Source of the DNA: Phycisphaerales bacterium
Lineage (GTDB): Bacteria > Planctomycetota > Phycisphaerae > Phycisphaerales > UBA1924
DNA: 64,000 nucleotides
NCBI GenBank assembly: GCA_965227775.1
Contig: OZ245777.1
Span: forward strand, 1,280,001 to 1,344,000
Direction of reading: 5' to 3'
The translations under genes were made by a program, and so were the position numbers. This document shows positions 19,550-31,592 of the stretch, piece after piece (the stretch's first letter is position 1; each line of letters begins with the position of its first letter). The notes under the pieces are model-generated. The model saw nothing but the letters and a program-made list of their open reading frames with translations. It did no database searches and had not been told where the DNA came from.

Positions 19550-22387
19550 TCACAGCGTCCGCTTTACCTCGACCTGCTTGTAGCACTCGAGGATGTCGCC
19601 TTCCTTGATATCGTCGTAGCCGTCGATCTTCATGCCGCACTCCATGTTCGCGCGAACTTCCTTCGCGTCGTCTTTGAAGCGCTTGAGCTGGCTGAGCTTG
19701 CGATCGTTCTCGATGACGATGTCGCCGCGGGTAACGCGGATAAGCGCGTCTCGCTGCACCACGCCGTCAGTGACGTAGCAGCCAGCGATCGTGCCGACCT
19801 TCGACACCTTGAACACCGCACGCACCTCGGCGTGGCCCAGGACCTCCTGGCGAAGCTCGGGGTCGAGCATGCCCTCGGCGGCCTTCTGCATGTCCTCGGT
19901 GATGTGGTAGATGACGTCGTACGTGCGGATCTGCACGCCCTTGCTCTCGGCGAGCTTGCGTGCCTTGCCCGAGGGGATGACGTTGAAGCCGACGATGACG
20001 GCCTTGGACGCCTCGGCCAGCAGCACGTCGCTCTCGGTCACGCCGCCGACGGCAGCGTGGATGACGCGGACCTTGATCTCGTCGGTCGAGACCTTCTCGA
20101 TCTCATTCTTGAGCACGTCCACCGAACCCTGCACGTCGGCCTTCAGGACGACGAGGATCTCCTTGAGTTCCGCCTCGGCCATCTGGCTGAACATGCGGTC
20201 GAGCGTCATGGCCGGCTGGGCCAGTTGCTCCTCGCGCTCGCGAGAGCGGCGCTGCTCGGCGGCATTCTGGGCGTCCTTCAGGCTGCTGGCCACGAAGAAT
20301 TTGTCGCCCGCGTCAGGCAGCTCATCGATGCCCGTCACCTGCAGCGGCATGGGCGGGTAGGCCTCGCGGATGCGCTGGCCCTTGTCGTCGGTCATGTCGC
20401 GGACGCGGCCGAACGCGCGGCCCGCGACGATGAAGTCGCCAACCTTGAGCGCCCCCTCTTGCAGTAGCACGTTCATGACGGCGCCGCGGCCGGGCTCCAT
20501 CTGGCTCTCGATGACCGTGCCGCGGGCGTTGCCGCCGAAGTCGCTCTTGAGCTCCAGCAGCTGCGCCTGGAAGTCGAGCGTCTCGAGCAGTTCCTGGATG
20601 CCTTGGCCCGTGTGCGCACTGGTGCGGATGACCTCGATGTCGCCGCCCCAGTCCACCGGGTTGAGCTCGTGCTGGGCGAGCTGGCCCAGGATCTCCTGGA
20701 TCTTCGCGTCGGTCGCCTGTGGGCGATCGATCTTGTTGAGCGCCACGACGATCGGCACGCCCGCCGCCTTGGCGTGGTTGATCGACTCGATGGTCTGGGG
20801 CATCACGCCGTCGTCTGCGGCGACCACCAACACGACGATGTCGGTCACGTTCGCACCGCGCGAACGCATGGACGTGAACGCCTCGTGGCCAGGAGTATCG
20901 ATGAAGACGACCTGCTTCTCCTCGCGGTCGGTGTCGTCGCCCACGTGCACGGGCACGCGGAAGGCGCTGGTGGCCTGCGTGATGCCGCCGGCCTCGCCCG
21001 CCGCGACGTTCGCGTCACGGATTTTGTCCAGTAGGCTGGTCTTGCCGTGGTCAACGTGTCCCAGGATTGTGACGATCGGGCCGCGCGAGCGCTCGTCGAC
21101 GGTCGTGCGCTCCTCGAACTGAGCGGCGACGGCCTCTTCGGCGCTCTTGGCCTCGGCGACTTCGAGCTCGATGTCGAAGTCCATCATGATTTCCTGGGCC
21201 TTCTCGACCTCGATGCCGCTGTTGATCTGGGCCATGATGCCCTGCATGAACAGCTTCTTGACGATCTCGGCACCCTTCACGCCGGTCGCGGCCGAAAGGT
21301 CCTTGATCGTGAACGGCGCGGTGATCTTGACCGTGCCGCCCTGCTGGGCCGGGCTCTGCTGGCGTGCCTGCTGGCCCGCACCACGCGCCAGGTCCTGGCG
21401 GCGCTTGCGCAGGTAGCCGCCGGCCTGCTGTAGCTTGGCCTCACGCTCGATGAGGTCCTGCTCGCGCCACATGCCGCTGCCGCCCTGCTGGGGCTCGTTT
21501 CGACCGCGACGCCGCGAGCTGGGCCCGCCACGCCGACCGCCGCCGCCACCGTCCATGGGGGGCATCGGGCCGCCGGGGCCACCCGGGCCGCCGAATCCAC
21601 CGCCACCGCCGCCACGCGGGCCGCCGCGGCCACGAGGGCGCGTATCGACCTGCTCGGGCGCTTCGACGCGGACGATCTTGGGGCCGCTGAGCTTCACCGG
21701 CGTCTTCTCGTGCTGATCGATCATCGGGCCCGCGGGCTTGATGACCGTCGGCCGCGTCGGCACGTTCTGCGGTGCCGGAGTGGGGGGCGCCTTGGGTGCC
21801 TCGGCCGCAGCCTTCTGGCCGTTGCCCGACGCGTCGTCTCCGGTATCTTCCGCCGCGGGCGCTTCCTCAACTGCTGCGGCCGGGGCTTCCGCCGCGACGG
21901 GCTTCGCCGGCTCGGCGGGCGATTCGGCAACCTTCTCCGGAGCCTTCGGCTCGGGAGCCTCGACCGGGCCTTCCTCGGTCGTGCTCGTTGCACCCTGATC
22001 TTCGCCGCCGTCTTCCGCTGGTGCGGCTGGCGCAGCGCGGCCGGCACGCTTCGGCGGCTCGGCAACGGCCGTGCCCGTGGTGCTCTCGGTCTCGTCGGGC
22101 TTGCTGACCTTGCTCGCCTTGCTGATCTTCTTCGCGGCAACCTTGCGGGCGCGCGGCTTCGCGCGGACCTTCTCTAGGTCGACGCGCTCGGACGTTTCCA
22201 CCGCCGTTGCCGAGGGCGCAGCCTCACCCGCGAACCACTCGCGGATGGTTGCTTCGAGCCCGACCGACACGGTGGACATGTGGTTCTTGATATTCGACTC
22301 GGGAATGCCTTCGTCGCGGCACTTCTGCACCACGGCCTTCGAGGCTACCCCGAGTTCCTTCGCGATCTCGAACACACGCTTTGCCAA
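19550..22387 (-). CDS. infB: Translation initiation factor IF-2
   Basis: [11 protein letters not shown]-terminus, [25 protein letters not shown] and NKID motifs; TTG start. Confidence 0.98.
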   Translation of the reverse strand: MAKRVFEIAKELGVASKAVVQKCRDEGIPESNIKNHMSTVSVGLEATIREWFAGEAAPSATAVETSERVDLEKVRAKPRARKVAAKKISKASKVSKPDETESTTGTAVAEPPKRAGRAAPAAPAEDGGEDQGATSTTEEGPVEAPEPKAPEKVAESPAEPAKPVAAEAPAAAVEEAPAAEDTGDDASGNGQKAAAEAPKAPPTPAPQNVPTRPTVIKPAGPMIDQHEKTPVKLSGPKIVRVEAPEQVDTRPRGRGGPRGGGGGGFGGPGGPGGPMPPMDGGGGGRRGGPSSRRRGRNEPQQGGSGMWREQDLIEREAKLQQAGGYLRKRRQDLARGAGQQARQQSPAQQGGTVKITAPFTIKDLSAATGVKGAEIVKKLFMQGIMAQINSGIEVEKAQEIMMDFDIELEVAEAKSAEEAVAAQFEERTTVDERSRGPIVTILGHVDHGKTSLLDKIRDANVAAGEAGGITQATSAFRVPVHVGDDTDREEKQVVFIDTPGHEAFTSMRSRGANVTDIVVLVVAADDGVMPQTIESINHAKAAGVPIVVALNKIDRPQATDAKIQEILGQLAQHELNPVDWGGDIEVIRTSAHTGQGIQELLETLDFQAQLLELKSDFGGNARGTVIESQMEPGRGAVMNVLLQEGALKVGDFIVAGRAFGRVRDMTDDKGQRIREAYPPMPLQVTGIDELPDAGDKFFVASSLKDAQNAAEQRRSREREEQLAQPAMTLDRMFSQMAEAELKEILVVLKADVQGSVDVLKNEIEKVSTDEIKVRVIHAAVGGVTESDVLLAEASKAVIVGFNVIPSGKARKLAESKGVQIRTYDVIYHITEDMQKAAEGMLDPELRQEVLGHAEVRAVFKVSKVGTIAGCYVTDGVVQRDALIRVTRGDIVIENDRKLSQLKRFKDDAKEVRANMECGMKIDGYDDIKEGDILECYKQVEVKRTL

Positions 22388-22457
22388 ACGTCACTCCATG
22401 CGCCCGGGCCCCGCCACACACACCGGCAAGGCCCCACGGACGCGCTGCACCACTGGA

Positions 22458-23924
22458 TCAGCCGCCGAGGATCTCCGCGGCCCGGCTGTCGCCGTTGCTG
22501 TCGTTCCCCTCGCCCCCGGCCTGCGCCGAGTCGCCGCTGTCGGACGACTCGCTCGCACCCTCGGACGAGGCCTCTTCACCACCACTCTCCGATGCTCCAC
22601 CCGCGTCGCTCGAGTCGCCGCCAGCGCCACCCAGGATGGCAGCCGCTGCGCTGTCCGCGTCGGGCGCGCCTTCCGGTCCGAGCAGGTCCTCGCCCGCGGC
22701 GATCCGGGCCTGCTCTTCCTGGCGACGCTTCTCGGCCTCTTCCTTCTCGCGGGCCTGCTCCTCGGCCACGATCTTCGCGCGTTCGCTGGCCAGCTCGACG
22801 GCTTTGGCGGCCACCTCGGGGCTCAGCTCGAGCTCGGTCGCGAGCATGTCCGCACCGATTTCCTCGACGTCGAACACGCTGATCATGCCGAGCGCTGCCA
22901 AGCGATCGACCATCTGCTCGTCGATCTCGTCGACCTGCTGGAGCGTGGTCGACATGATCTCCAAGTTCTTGGTGAACTCCTCGGGCGTGAGGATGTCCAC
23001 GTCCCAGCCGGTGAGTTTGGCCGCCAGGCGCACGTTCTGCCCGCGCTTTCCGATGGCAAGGCTCAGCTGGTCCTCGCGCACCACGACCGTGGCTCGGCCC
23101 AGCTCGAAGCACAGGCTGATCTCGGCAACCTCGGCCGGCTTGAGCGCGTTCTGGATCAGGATCTGGCTGCTCTCGTTCCAGCGAACGATGTCGATCTTCT
23201 CGCCATTGAGCTCGTCGACAATGTTCTTGATGCGGCTGCCACGCACGCCGACGCAAGCGCCCACGGCGTCCACGCGGCTGTCGATCGAGCTAACGGCGAT
23301 CTTGGTGCGCTGGCCCGGCTCGCGGGCCATGGCCTTCACCTCGATGATGCGCTCGGCCACTTCGGGCACCTCGACCTCGAAGAGCCGCTTGATGAAGTCG
23401 GTGTGGCCGCGGCTGAGCACGACGCGTGTGGCCGAGCCATCACGCTTCACGTCCAGAATCATCGCGCGCACGCGGTCGCCCGGGCTGAACTGCTCGCCGG
23501 GGATCTGCTCCTGCCGGGGCATCTCGCCCTCTCCGGCGTCCAGCGATACAACCAAGCGCCCACCGCGCTCGTAGCGCTGCGCGGTGCCGGTGACGATCTG
23601 CCCGACGCGGGTGTGGTAGCGGTCGTACAGGCTGGTCTGCTCGTCCTCGCGGAACTTCTGGATCATGACCTGCTTGAAGGTCTGGGCGGCGATTCGTCCC
23701 AGGTCCTGCGGGTTCAGTTCGACCGGCTCGCCGTGACGCGTCAGGGCGATCTCGCCGCTGAGTTGGTCGACCGAGCAGGCAAACTCTTCAAGATCGAGCG
23801 AGCCGAAGTGCTTGCGCGCCGCGCTCACCATGGCTTGCTCAAGGTCGGCAACCAGCACCGAACGCTCGACCTTCCGGTCGCGTGCGATCGAATCCAGAAT
23901 CCTGAGCATTTCGGGGCCGTTCAA
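22458..23924 (-). CDS. nusA: Transcription termination/antitermination factor NusA
   Basis: GRIAAQTFKQV, AREPGQRTKIAV, VGACVGVRGSRI and LAIGKRGQNVRLAAKLTGW motifs; TTG start after GGAGG. Confidence 0.97.
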   Translation of the reverse strand: MNGPEMLRILDSIARDRKVERSVLVADLEQAMVSAARKHFGSLDLEEFACSVDQLSGEIALTRHGEPVELNPQDLGRIAAQTFKQVMIQKFREDEQTSLYDRYHTRVGQIVTGTAQRYERGGRLVVSLDAGEGEMPRQEQIPGEQFSPGDRVRAMILDVKRDGSATRVVLSRGHTDFIKRLFEVEVPEVAERIIEVKAMAREPGQRTKIAVSSIDSRVDAVGACVGVRGSRIKNIVDELNGEKIDIVRWNESSQILIQNALKPAEVAEISLCFELGRATVVVREDQLSLAIGKRGQNVRLAAKLTGWDVDILTPEEFTKNLEIMSTTLQQVDEIDEQMVDRLAALGMISVFDVEEIGADMLATELELSPEVAAKAVELASERAKIVAEEQAREKEEAEKRRQEEQARIAAGEDLLGPEGAPDADSAAAAILGGAGGDSSDAGGASESGGEEASSEGASESSDSGDSAQAGGEGNDSNGDSRAAEILGG

Positions 23925-24329
23925 CGTCCGCTTCCTCCGACGCCGCGAGGGGCGTCCTATTCCGTGCTGTCAACTTGTCGAGACCAGATCCAAACCAACG
24001 CGGCACAGCCCGCGGCTCTGCCAACAACAACCCGGGCCACGAGCCGCTGAACGCGCCCATGACCCGGCTACAAGCCGCCCAACGAACGGTCTCCCGCTCG
24101 TCGCTGGCGTGTAGATTGTGCCGAAACCTCACATCATCGGCAGCAACCCTTCCAGGCCCGGGCCATGCCAGCACCAATGCCGACGCCGACAACGGGCGCA
24201 GGCAGGGGTCCGACATGAGTCCCGGCGTGGCTCATAGCAACCCGATGGTAGCGATCGGGGCCAGTGAGAGTCAACCACGCAGACCTCCCAAGCTCCCACC
24301 GGCGGGCGATCAAGGGGGCTCCGCAAGGC

Positions 24330-25343
24330 CTAGATCCGGTCCGTTTTGGTCGCAGCGCGATCGATCCGGAGCGCCCGCTTGTTGCGGTGCTGGCCGATGT
24401 GGGCCAGGAACTTCCGCTCGCCCTCGACGGCCAGCACCATGGGCCGCGTGGCCGGGGTCTCGGTCATGATCAGATCGCCTGCGGCCATGGTCGCCAGGTC
24501 GCGCAGGCTGATGGTCGTGCGGGCCAGCACGCCCGCCACGGAGACGCTGGCCCCGGCGAGCGTGCCGCTGACCGCCCGTTCCATGCTGGCGTACTTGGCC
24601 GACTGGCTCGACGAGAACCAGTTCTGGGCGCTCACGGCCGTGATGACCGGCTCGATGACGTTGTACGGGATGCACAGGCTCATCGTGCCGGCCCGGTTGG
24701 ACATCTTGATCTCGAATCCCACGACGACGACCACCTCGTTCGGCGGCACGATCTGGACCAGCTGGGGGTTGCTCTCGGTGGCCTTGATCTCGAAGGTCAT
24801 CTCTTTGACGCCCGCCCAGGCCTCGCTCAGAGCACCCAGGCCGCGATTCGTGACGTTGCTGATGAGCCGGCTCTCGATGAGCGTCATGGGCCGCTGGGGG
24901 ATGAACAGGTCCTGGCTCGTGCCGCCCAGCAGGCGATCGATGATCGGATAGATGATCAGCGGGCTCAGCTCCATGCAGATCTGGCCCTCGAGCACGCTGC
25001 TCTCGATGAGGTTGAAACTTGTCGGGTTGGGCAGGGCGCTGATGAACTCGCCGTACGTCATTTGTTCGCATGTTGCGAGCTTGACCTCAACGATGGTTCT
25101 GAGAAAGCCCGATAACGAAGCGCCAAAGTTCCGTGCGAATTGCTCGTGCAGCGTCTGCAGGGCCCGCATCTGGTCCTTGCTGACGCGTTCGGGCCGCTTG
25201 AAGTCGTACGTGCGGACCTCGATCTCGTCGAAGTCTCGCAGGTGGCGGCTGAAGATCTGGGCCTGCGGTGGTTCCTTCTCGACCGCGTCGGAGTTCACCG
25301 CGGCAAGCAGGGCATCGACCTCGTTCTGGTCCAGCACGTCCAT
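24330..25343 (-). CDS. fliM: Flagellar motor switch protein FliM
   Basis: LDQNEVDALL CheY-binding peptide, YDFKRPERVSKDQ, LLGG and ESNPQLVQIVPPNEVV motifs. Confidence 0.93.
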   Translation of the reverse strand: MDVLDQNEVDALLAAVNSDAVEKEPPQAQIFSRHLRDFDEIEVRTYDFKRPERVSKDQMRALQTLHEQFARNFGASLSGFLRTIVEVKLATCEQMTYGEFISALPNPTSFNLIESSVLEGQICMELSPLIIYPIIDRLLGGTSQDLFIPQRPMTLIESRLISNVTNRGLGALSEAWAGVKEMTFEIKATESNPQLVQIVPPNEVVVVVGFEIKMSNRAGTMSLCIPYNVIEPVITAVSAQNWFSSSQSAKYASMERAVSGTLAGASVSVAGVLARTTISLRDLATMAAGDLIMTETPATRPMVLAVEGERKFLAHIGQHRNKRALRIDRAATKTDRI

Positions 25344-25571
25344 GGGGGCTCTCGAGCGAGGTCGAACGACAGACTTGGGGCACCACGGGCCCCTTCGATC
25401 AATCAGCGATCGGTCAGGGATCGGTCCCGCGGCGGGCGAGGCTTGAGGAACGGCCCGCAAGCGACGGGCCAGAATCACCCGCGCCATCCGGGAACATGCC
25501 CGCGCGCCCACGGATTACACTGGGCACGCTCGATCGACCCCTTCCAACGGCCCCGGCCTCGGAGAGCACGA

Positions 25572-27647
25572 ATGCGGCATGCGACGATAATGGGCTTCCT
25601 GGCCCTGCTTCTCGGACTCTTCACGCCGACCGCGGCGGCGCAGCCCATGGGCTTCGGCGACTCGGTCTCGATGTCCGCCTCGGCGTGGTGGTCACCCCGC
25701 CAGGCCGACGAGGGCCCGCTGGTCGCGTTCGTCGCGGTCACGATGGACCACCCGCCCGGGCTGCACAGCTGGCCCAGCGCCGATCAGGACGTGCTGCCCG
25801 AGTCGGTCGCGGCGTTTGCGATCCGCACCGAAGTCTCACTCGCGACGAGCGATGCCGTGCTCGACGCAGGCGAGATCCAATGGCCCGACCCCGAGCCCTA
25901 CCCGGTGCCAGACCCGACCGGCATGGGCGATCCGATCGAGGTGCCGGTCTACTCGGGGCGGGCCGTGGCCTTCATCCCCGTGCTCATCGATCGCGAGGCG
26001 GCGGCCGAAGCCCGGACGCTCGAACTCGTCGTGAGCTACCAGGCCTGCGACGACACCGTGTGCTATCCGCCCGATGACGTGGATGTCTTGGCCAGCCTGC
26101 CGGCCTTTGGCGCAACCGAGGCGCCTGCGGAGGCATCGGACCTCGCTCCAGCCACGATCGATACGGCAATCGCGTTCGCAGTTGCAAGCGCTGCCGGCTC
26201 CGAAACTCCGCCAGCCGCCCAATCCAAGCAGCCCGCTGCAACTGGCGAGCCTGACGCCGCCGAGCAGGCGACTGCTGCGAGTGCGGTCGATACCCGCAAC
26301 AAGTTTCTTGGCTTCATTCCGGTGCCGAGCCCTGACTCTGCCGGCGGCATCGCCGTAATCGTGCTGCTTGGTCTCGTCGGCGGTTTCGTGCTGAACCTGA
26401 CCCCGTGCGTGCTGCCGGTGATCCCCATCAAGGTCATGACCCTCTCGCAGCACGCCGGTTCGCCCGGAAAGACGTTGCTGCTCGGCATCTGGATGGCGCT
26501 GGGCGTCATTGGTTTCTGGATTGCGCTCGGCATCCCTGCCGCGGCGCTCGGCAAGGCCGTGGGCGCCATCTTCGGCATCTGGTGGTTCACGTTCGCCGTT
26601 GGCGTCATCATCGCCGTCATGTCGATCGGCCTCATGGGCTTGTTCACCGTGCAACTGCCCCAGTCGGTGTACAAGGTTAATCCCAAGGCCGACTCGCCCT
26701 GGGGCTCGTTCGTGTTTGGAGTGATGACGGGCGTACTGGGCCTTCCGTGCTTCGGCCTGGTCGCGGGCGCCTTGCTTGCAAGCTCGACGGCCATCCCGCC
26801 GCTCGTCACGATGCTCATCTTCGCGGCGTTGGGTGTTGGCATGGCCTTGCCATACCTGATCCTGTCGCTGAACCCCAAGTGGGTTGAGGTGTTGCCGCGT
26901 ACCGGGCCGGCGAGCGAACTGGTCAAGCAGGTCATGGGCTTGCTGCTGCTTGGTGCGGCGGCGTACTTCGTTGCTACGGGGCTGCAGGCCCTGATTCTCG
27001 ACATGCCGTGGATCGGCCGCCAGTTGCACTGGTGGGCGGCGGCGGTGTTCGTCGCGATCGGCTGCCTGTGGCTCGCTCTCCGCACGATGCAAATCACCAA
27101 GAGTGTGCCGAAGCGCGGCGTGTTCGGCTTGCTCGGCGTGGCCGTTGCGGCCGGTGCCGTCCTCTTCGCGTACGACGTGACGAACAGCGCGAAGGCCGAC
27201 TACCTCGAGCGTGAGGCGCGCATCGCCGAGGCATCGAGCAGCGCCGGCGGCGCCATCCTGACCAGTACCTGGGTTGATTACTCCCCCGAGCTGCTCGCAC
27301 GGGCACGCGAAGAGGGCTACGTCGTCGTCCTCGACTTCACCGCCGACTGGTGCATCAACTGCAAGGCGCTTGAGGAGCAGGTGCTCGGTACCGAGCCGGT
27401 GCGAGCCCGGTTGCGCGACGAGGATGTCGTCATGATGAAGGCCGACCTGACGAGCACGCGGCAGCCCGGTTGGGAACTGATGAAACAACTCAACCAGAAG
27501 GCGCCACCCGTGCTGGCGATCTACGGCCCGGGCATCGAAGGCGACACGCCCTGGCTGGCAAACACATACACCAGCGGCATCGTCATGGAGGCCATTTCGC
27601 TCGGCAAGGGCGACGACTCAGGGCGCGACATCGCCCAAGCCAACTGA
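25572..27647 (+). CDS. dsbD: Thiol:disulfide interchange protein, DsbD-like (N domain, TM domain, thioredoxin domain)
   Basis: YQACDDTVC, LNLTPCVLPVIPIK, second TM Cys (LPC) and DFTADWCINCK motifs. Confidence 0.88.
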   Translation: MRHATIMGFLALLLGLFTPTAAAQPMGFGDSVSMSASAWWSPRQADEGPLVAFVAVTMDHPPGLHSWPSADQDVLPESVAAFAIRTEVSLATSDAVLDAGEIQWPDPEPYPVPDPTGMGDPIEVPVYSGRAVAFIPVLIDREAAAEARTLELVVSYQACDDTVCYPPDDVDVLASLPAFGATEAPAEASDLAPATIDTAIAFAVASAAGSETPPAAQSKQPAATGEPDAAEQATAASAVDTRNKFLGFIPVPSPDSAGGIAVIVLLGLVGGFVLNLTPCVLPVIPIKVMTLSQHAGSPGKTLLLGIWMALGVIGFWIALGIPAAALGKAVGAIFGIWWFTFAVGVIIAVMSIGLMGLFTVQLPQSVYKVNPKADSPWGSFVFGVMTGVLGLPCFGLVAGALLASSTAIPPLVTMLIFAALGVGMALPYLILSLNPKWVEVLPRTGPASELVKQVMGLLLLGAAAYFVATGLQALILDMPWIGRQLHWWAAAVFVAIGCLWLALRTMQITKSVPKRGVFGLLGVAVAAGAVLFAYDVTNSAKADYLEREARIAEASSSAGGAILTSTWVDYSPELLARAREEGYVVVLDFTADWCINCKALEEQVLGTEPVRARLRDEDVVMMKADLTSTRQPGWELMKQLNQKAPPVLAIYGPGIEGDTPWLANTYTSGIVMEAISLGKGDDSGRDIAQAN

Positions 27648-27684
27648 CGCTCACGTTTGCTCCAGGGGAGGGGCAATACGTACG

Positions 27685-27718
27685 ACGCCCCGCATCGGTG
27701 TGAGCCGATGCGGGGCGT
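27685..27718. terminator. Strong hairpin between convergent dsbD and S8 peptidase genes (bidirectional terminator)
   Basis: ACGCCCCGCATCGGT-GTGA-GCCGATGCGGGGCGT, a 15-bp near-perfect stem. Confidence 0.75.
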
Positions 27719-27745
27719 GTTCGACTCGGGCTTGAAGCGAAGAGT

Positions 27746-29911
27746 TTATTCGCAGCCCACGACGAAGCGCGACTGGAACAAGATGAAGTCGAACATCGTC
27801 AACTCACCGTCATGATCGAAATCGGCCCGAAGGTCGCCGTCTCCAAACGCGGCTTGGTAGCCCACGAAGTCGAAGATCGTCAGCCGACCATCCCTGTCGA
27901 AGTCCGCCTCGCAGATCGACACGACGGGACCACCCTGGATCACCAGCGAAAAGTGGGCATCGATTCCCGGGGTCGACAAGTCGGCGTCTTCGTTGATCTC
28001 CTGGGCCAGGACCTCGACGGTCCAGATGCCCGGTGCGGCATGCTTGATGAACACGTTCTCGATGGTGTCGACCTGGTTGCGGCGTCCCCCGGGCTGTGAG
28101 AACAGGCCGTCGTGCAGCCCGACGTTGCCGTGGTAGATCGTGCCGTCCGGCGCCGTCACGCGCACGTCGAGGTCGTTGATCCGGTGGATCCTCGAGGCGG
28201 GATTGCCGGCGGGGTCGAGGTAGGCCATCGTGATGCGGAGCGGGCCGCCCTGCGGAGGGAGTCCCACGAGATACTCGGCGCGGTCGCCGGTGCGAAGCAG
28301 CGTCCACGATTGATCGACAACAAAGATCGAATCGCCGGCGTTGTACAGGCTCGAAACGTCGGGTGCCCCCCAGCCCTGCTCCTCACGCGAGATCTGGTCG
28401 CTCATGGGCCAGGGCGTGGCGGTGTTGATCATCATGGCGCGCGCAGTGGTCGCGCTGGGCCGGTTCTCGAACACGTCGCGTAGCACGTCTCGGTCGTTCA
28501 TGAACACACCGATGCCCCAGAGCTGGTACAAGATGCCGAAGTGGCCGGCGACGATCGGGGTCGCGGCGCTCGTGCCATTGAAGGGTGCGTACGCCATGGG
28601 CCCGGCGCTGCTGGTCGTATCGATGCCGTCGTAGAAGTGCGAGAGGTCGGGCTTGATGCGCCCGTCGGCAGCCGGGCCCGTGCTCGCCGCCCAGTGGTAG
28701 TCGTCGCTGCGCGTGAGCGTGCTCTCGTGGTTGATGCCGCCGACCGAGATGATGTTCTTGGCCCAGGCCTGCGGGCGAGAGTCACGGTTTCCCGAGTTCG
28801 ACTGGCTCTGCGTGATGAGGATGTCGTTGAAGAACGCGATGTCGTCCATCTGTGCCGAGATGGTCGTGTAGTCTGTCGTGCGCGGATCACCCCAGCTGTT
28901 GGTCTGGAACACCGCGCGATAGGGTCCGTCGGGGTCCACGAGTTCGGCCGTGTGCTCGTAGCGACCCGGTCCCAGGTCGAGAAACCCGAGTTCGGGATAG
29001 CTCGCGAAGATGCCCTGGCCGTCGGGAAGCATGCCCTTGTGGCGCGCGTCAACGTAGCCATCGCCGAAGACGATGCCATACACCGCGGTGCCGTGCGCTG
29101 TGATCGGGCCGTTGGCGTTATGGATGATCGGCGGCCTGGCCTGGAAGTCGGCGTGGCTTGTCCGAAGCCCGCCATCGAGCACTTCACCGCGCACATCGTG
29201 ACCGGTGAACCCCAGCCCGTGCAACCTGTCGCCCCCACTGAACAGGCGGACGATGTCCATGTCGACCTCGGGCGCGCCCTTGGCGTCGATGAACAGGACC
29301 TCCGATCGATGGGCCACGGCCGCGAGCTGGTCGAGCGAGAGCGTCGCCTCGATGCGATAGCCGAGCGGCTCGAAGCCGTGGACCTCGCCGCCGAGCTCGG
29401 CGATCGCGTCTGCCACGGCTCGCTGATCCGGCAAGCCTCGACCAAGCATCTGGATCGAGTAACGTGTCGGGGTCGAGTAGTCGGAGCCGATGGTGATGGC
29501 CTGGAGCAACGGCTCGTCGAGCTTGTAGGCCGGGTGGAAGGGGCCGACCCAACGCACGTGACCGAGCGCCCGCACGCGGTCTGCGATCGCCGCATCCATG
29601 CGCACGATGTAGGCGTTGCACGGCAGGAACCGGCCGATCTGGCCGCCGGCGTTGGTGATGGCGGCGCGAGACTCGTCCGTCGCGCGTTCCTGCAGCTGGA
29701 CGATGTATGCGCCCGGCTCGTCCGAGCGGAGCTCGTGGGGAACGGCGGGGACGACCGAGAGCGGGTCGAACTGCGCGTAGCGGAGCTGGATGGTCTCGGG
29801 GTCGTGCTGGGAAACGCTCGTGGATCCGGCGAAGACGGGCGGGCAAGCCAGCGGGAGCAAGGCGGCAATCCAAGCCGCCCGCGCCCGCAACGCGGATGTT
29901 TCAGAGAGCAT
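27746..29911 (-). CDS. S8 (subtilisin-like) serine peptidase with C-terminal GC-type dockerin
   Basis: Triad VLDGG / AHGTAV / NGTSAATP; DGRIKPDL; signal peptide; dockerin CEADFDRDGRLTIFDF...GCE. Confidence 0.9.
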   Translation of the reverse strand: MLSETSALRARAAWIAALLPLACPPVFAGSTSVSQHDPETIQLRYAQFDPLSVVPAVPHELRSDEPGAYIVQLQERATDESRAAITNAGGQIGRFLPCNAYIVRMDAAIADRVRALGHVRWVGPFHPAYKLDEPLLQAITIGSDYSTPTRYSIQMLGRGLPDQRAVADAIAELGGEVHGFEPLGYRIEATLSLDQLAAVAHRSEVLFIDAKGAPEVDMDIVRLFSGGDRLHGLGFTGHDVRGEVLDGGLRTSHADFQARPPIIHNANGPITAHGTAVYGIVFGDGYVDARHKGMLPDGQGIFASYPELGFLDLGPGRYEHTAELVDPDGPYRAVFQTNSWGDPRTTDYTTISAQMDDIAFFNDILITQSQSNSGNRDSRPQAWAKNIISVGGINHESTLTRSDDYHWAASTGPAADGRIKPDLSHFYDGIDTTSSAGPMAYAPFNGTSAATPIVAGHFGILYQLWGIGVFMNDRDVLRDVFENRPSATTARAMMINTATPWPMSDQISREEQGWGAPDVSSLYNAGDSIFVVDQSWTLLRTGDRAEYLVGLPPQGGPLRITMAYLDPAGNPASRIHRINDLDVRVTAPDGTIYHGNVGLHDGLFSQPGGRRNQVDTIENVFIKHAAPGIWTVEVLAQEINEDADLSTPGIDAHFSLVIQGGPVVSICEADFDRDGRLTIFDFVGYQAAFGDGDLRADFDHDGELTMFDFILFQSRFVVGCE

Positions 29912-30170
29912 TGTGGCGGGGTGTCCTTGTCCGGCCCGGACGCTCGGCCTCCGAGCCGGCGTTGCGGGTCAAGGGTTTTGTGACCGGCGCGGGCAAGCGT
30001 GCCTGGCGACGATCGACTTCGCACAGCTTAACGAGCGATCGCGGCCAAAACATTGAATTTTGCTGGGTTTCTATGGGTAAATAGGTATTTCAGACAAAAT
30101 AGCGAAGTAGAGATTGGGTGGTGTCCGCCGCCTGCTCGGACGGTGAACGGTCGGGTATTTCCGAGCGGTT

Positions 30171-31588
<1,418 letters not shown>

Positions 31589-31592
<4 letters not shown>

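Noticed and set aside
21430..22200. Gly/Pro/Ala-rich low-complexity stretch
   Set aside because: It is the normal disordered N-terminal region of IF-2, not a separate element.
30040..30120. AT-rich patch next to argH as ARG boxes
   Set aside because: It lies downstream of the arg operon and upstream of the S8 peptidase, with no paired ARG-box palindromes; it is more likely the peptidase promoter.
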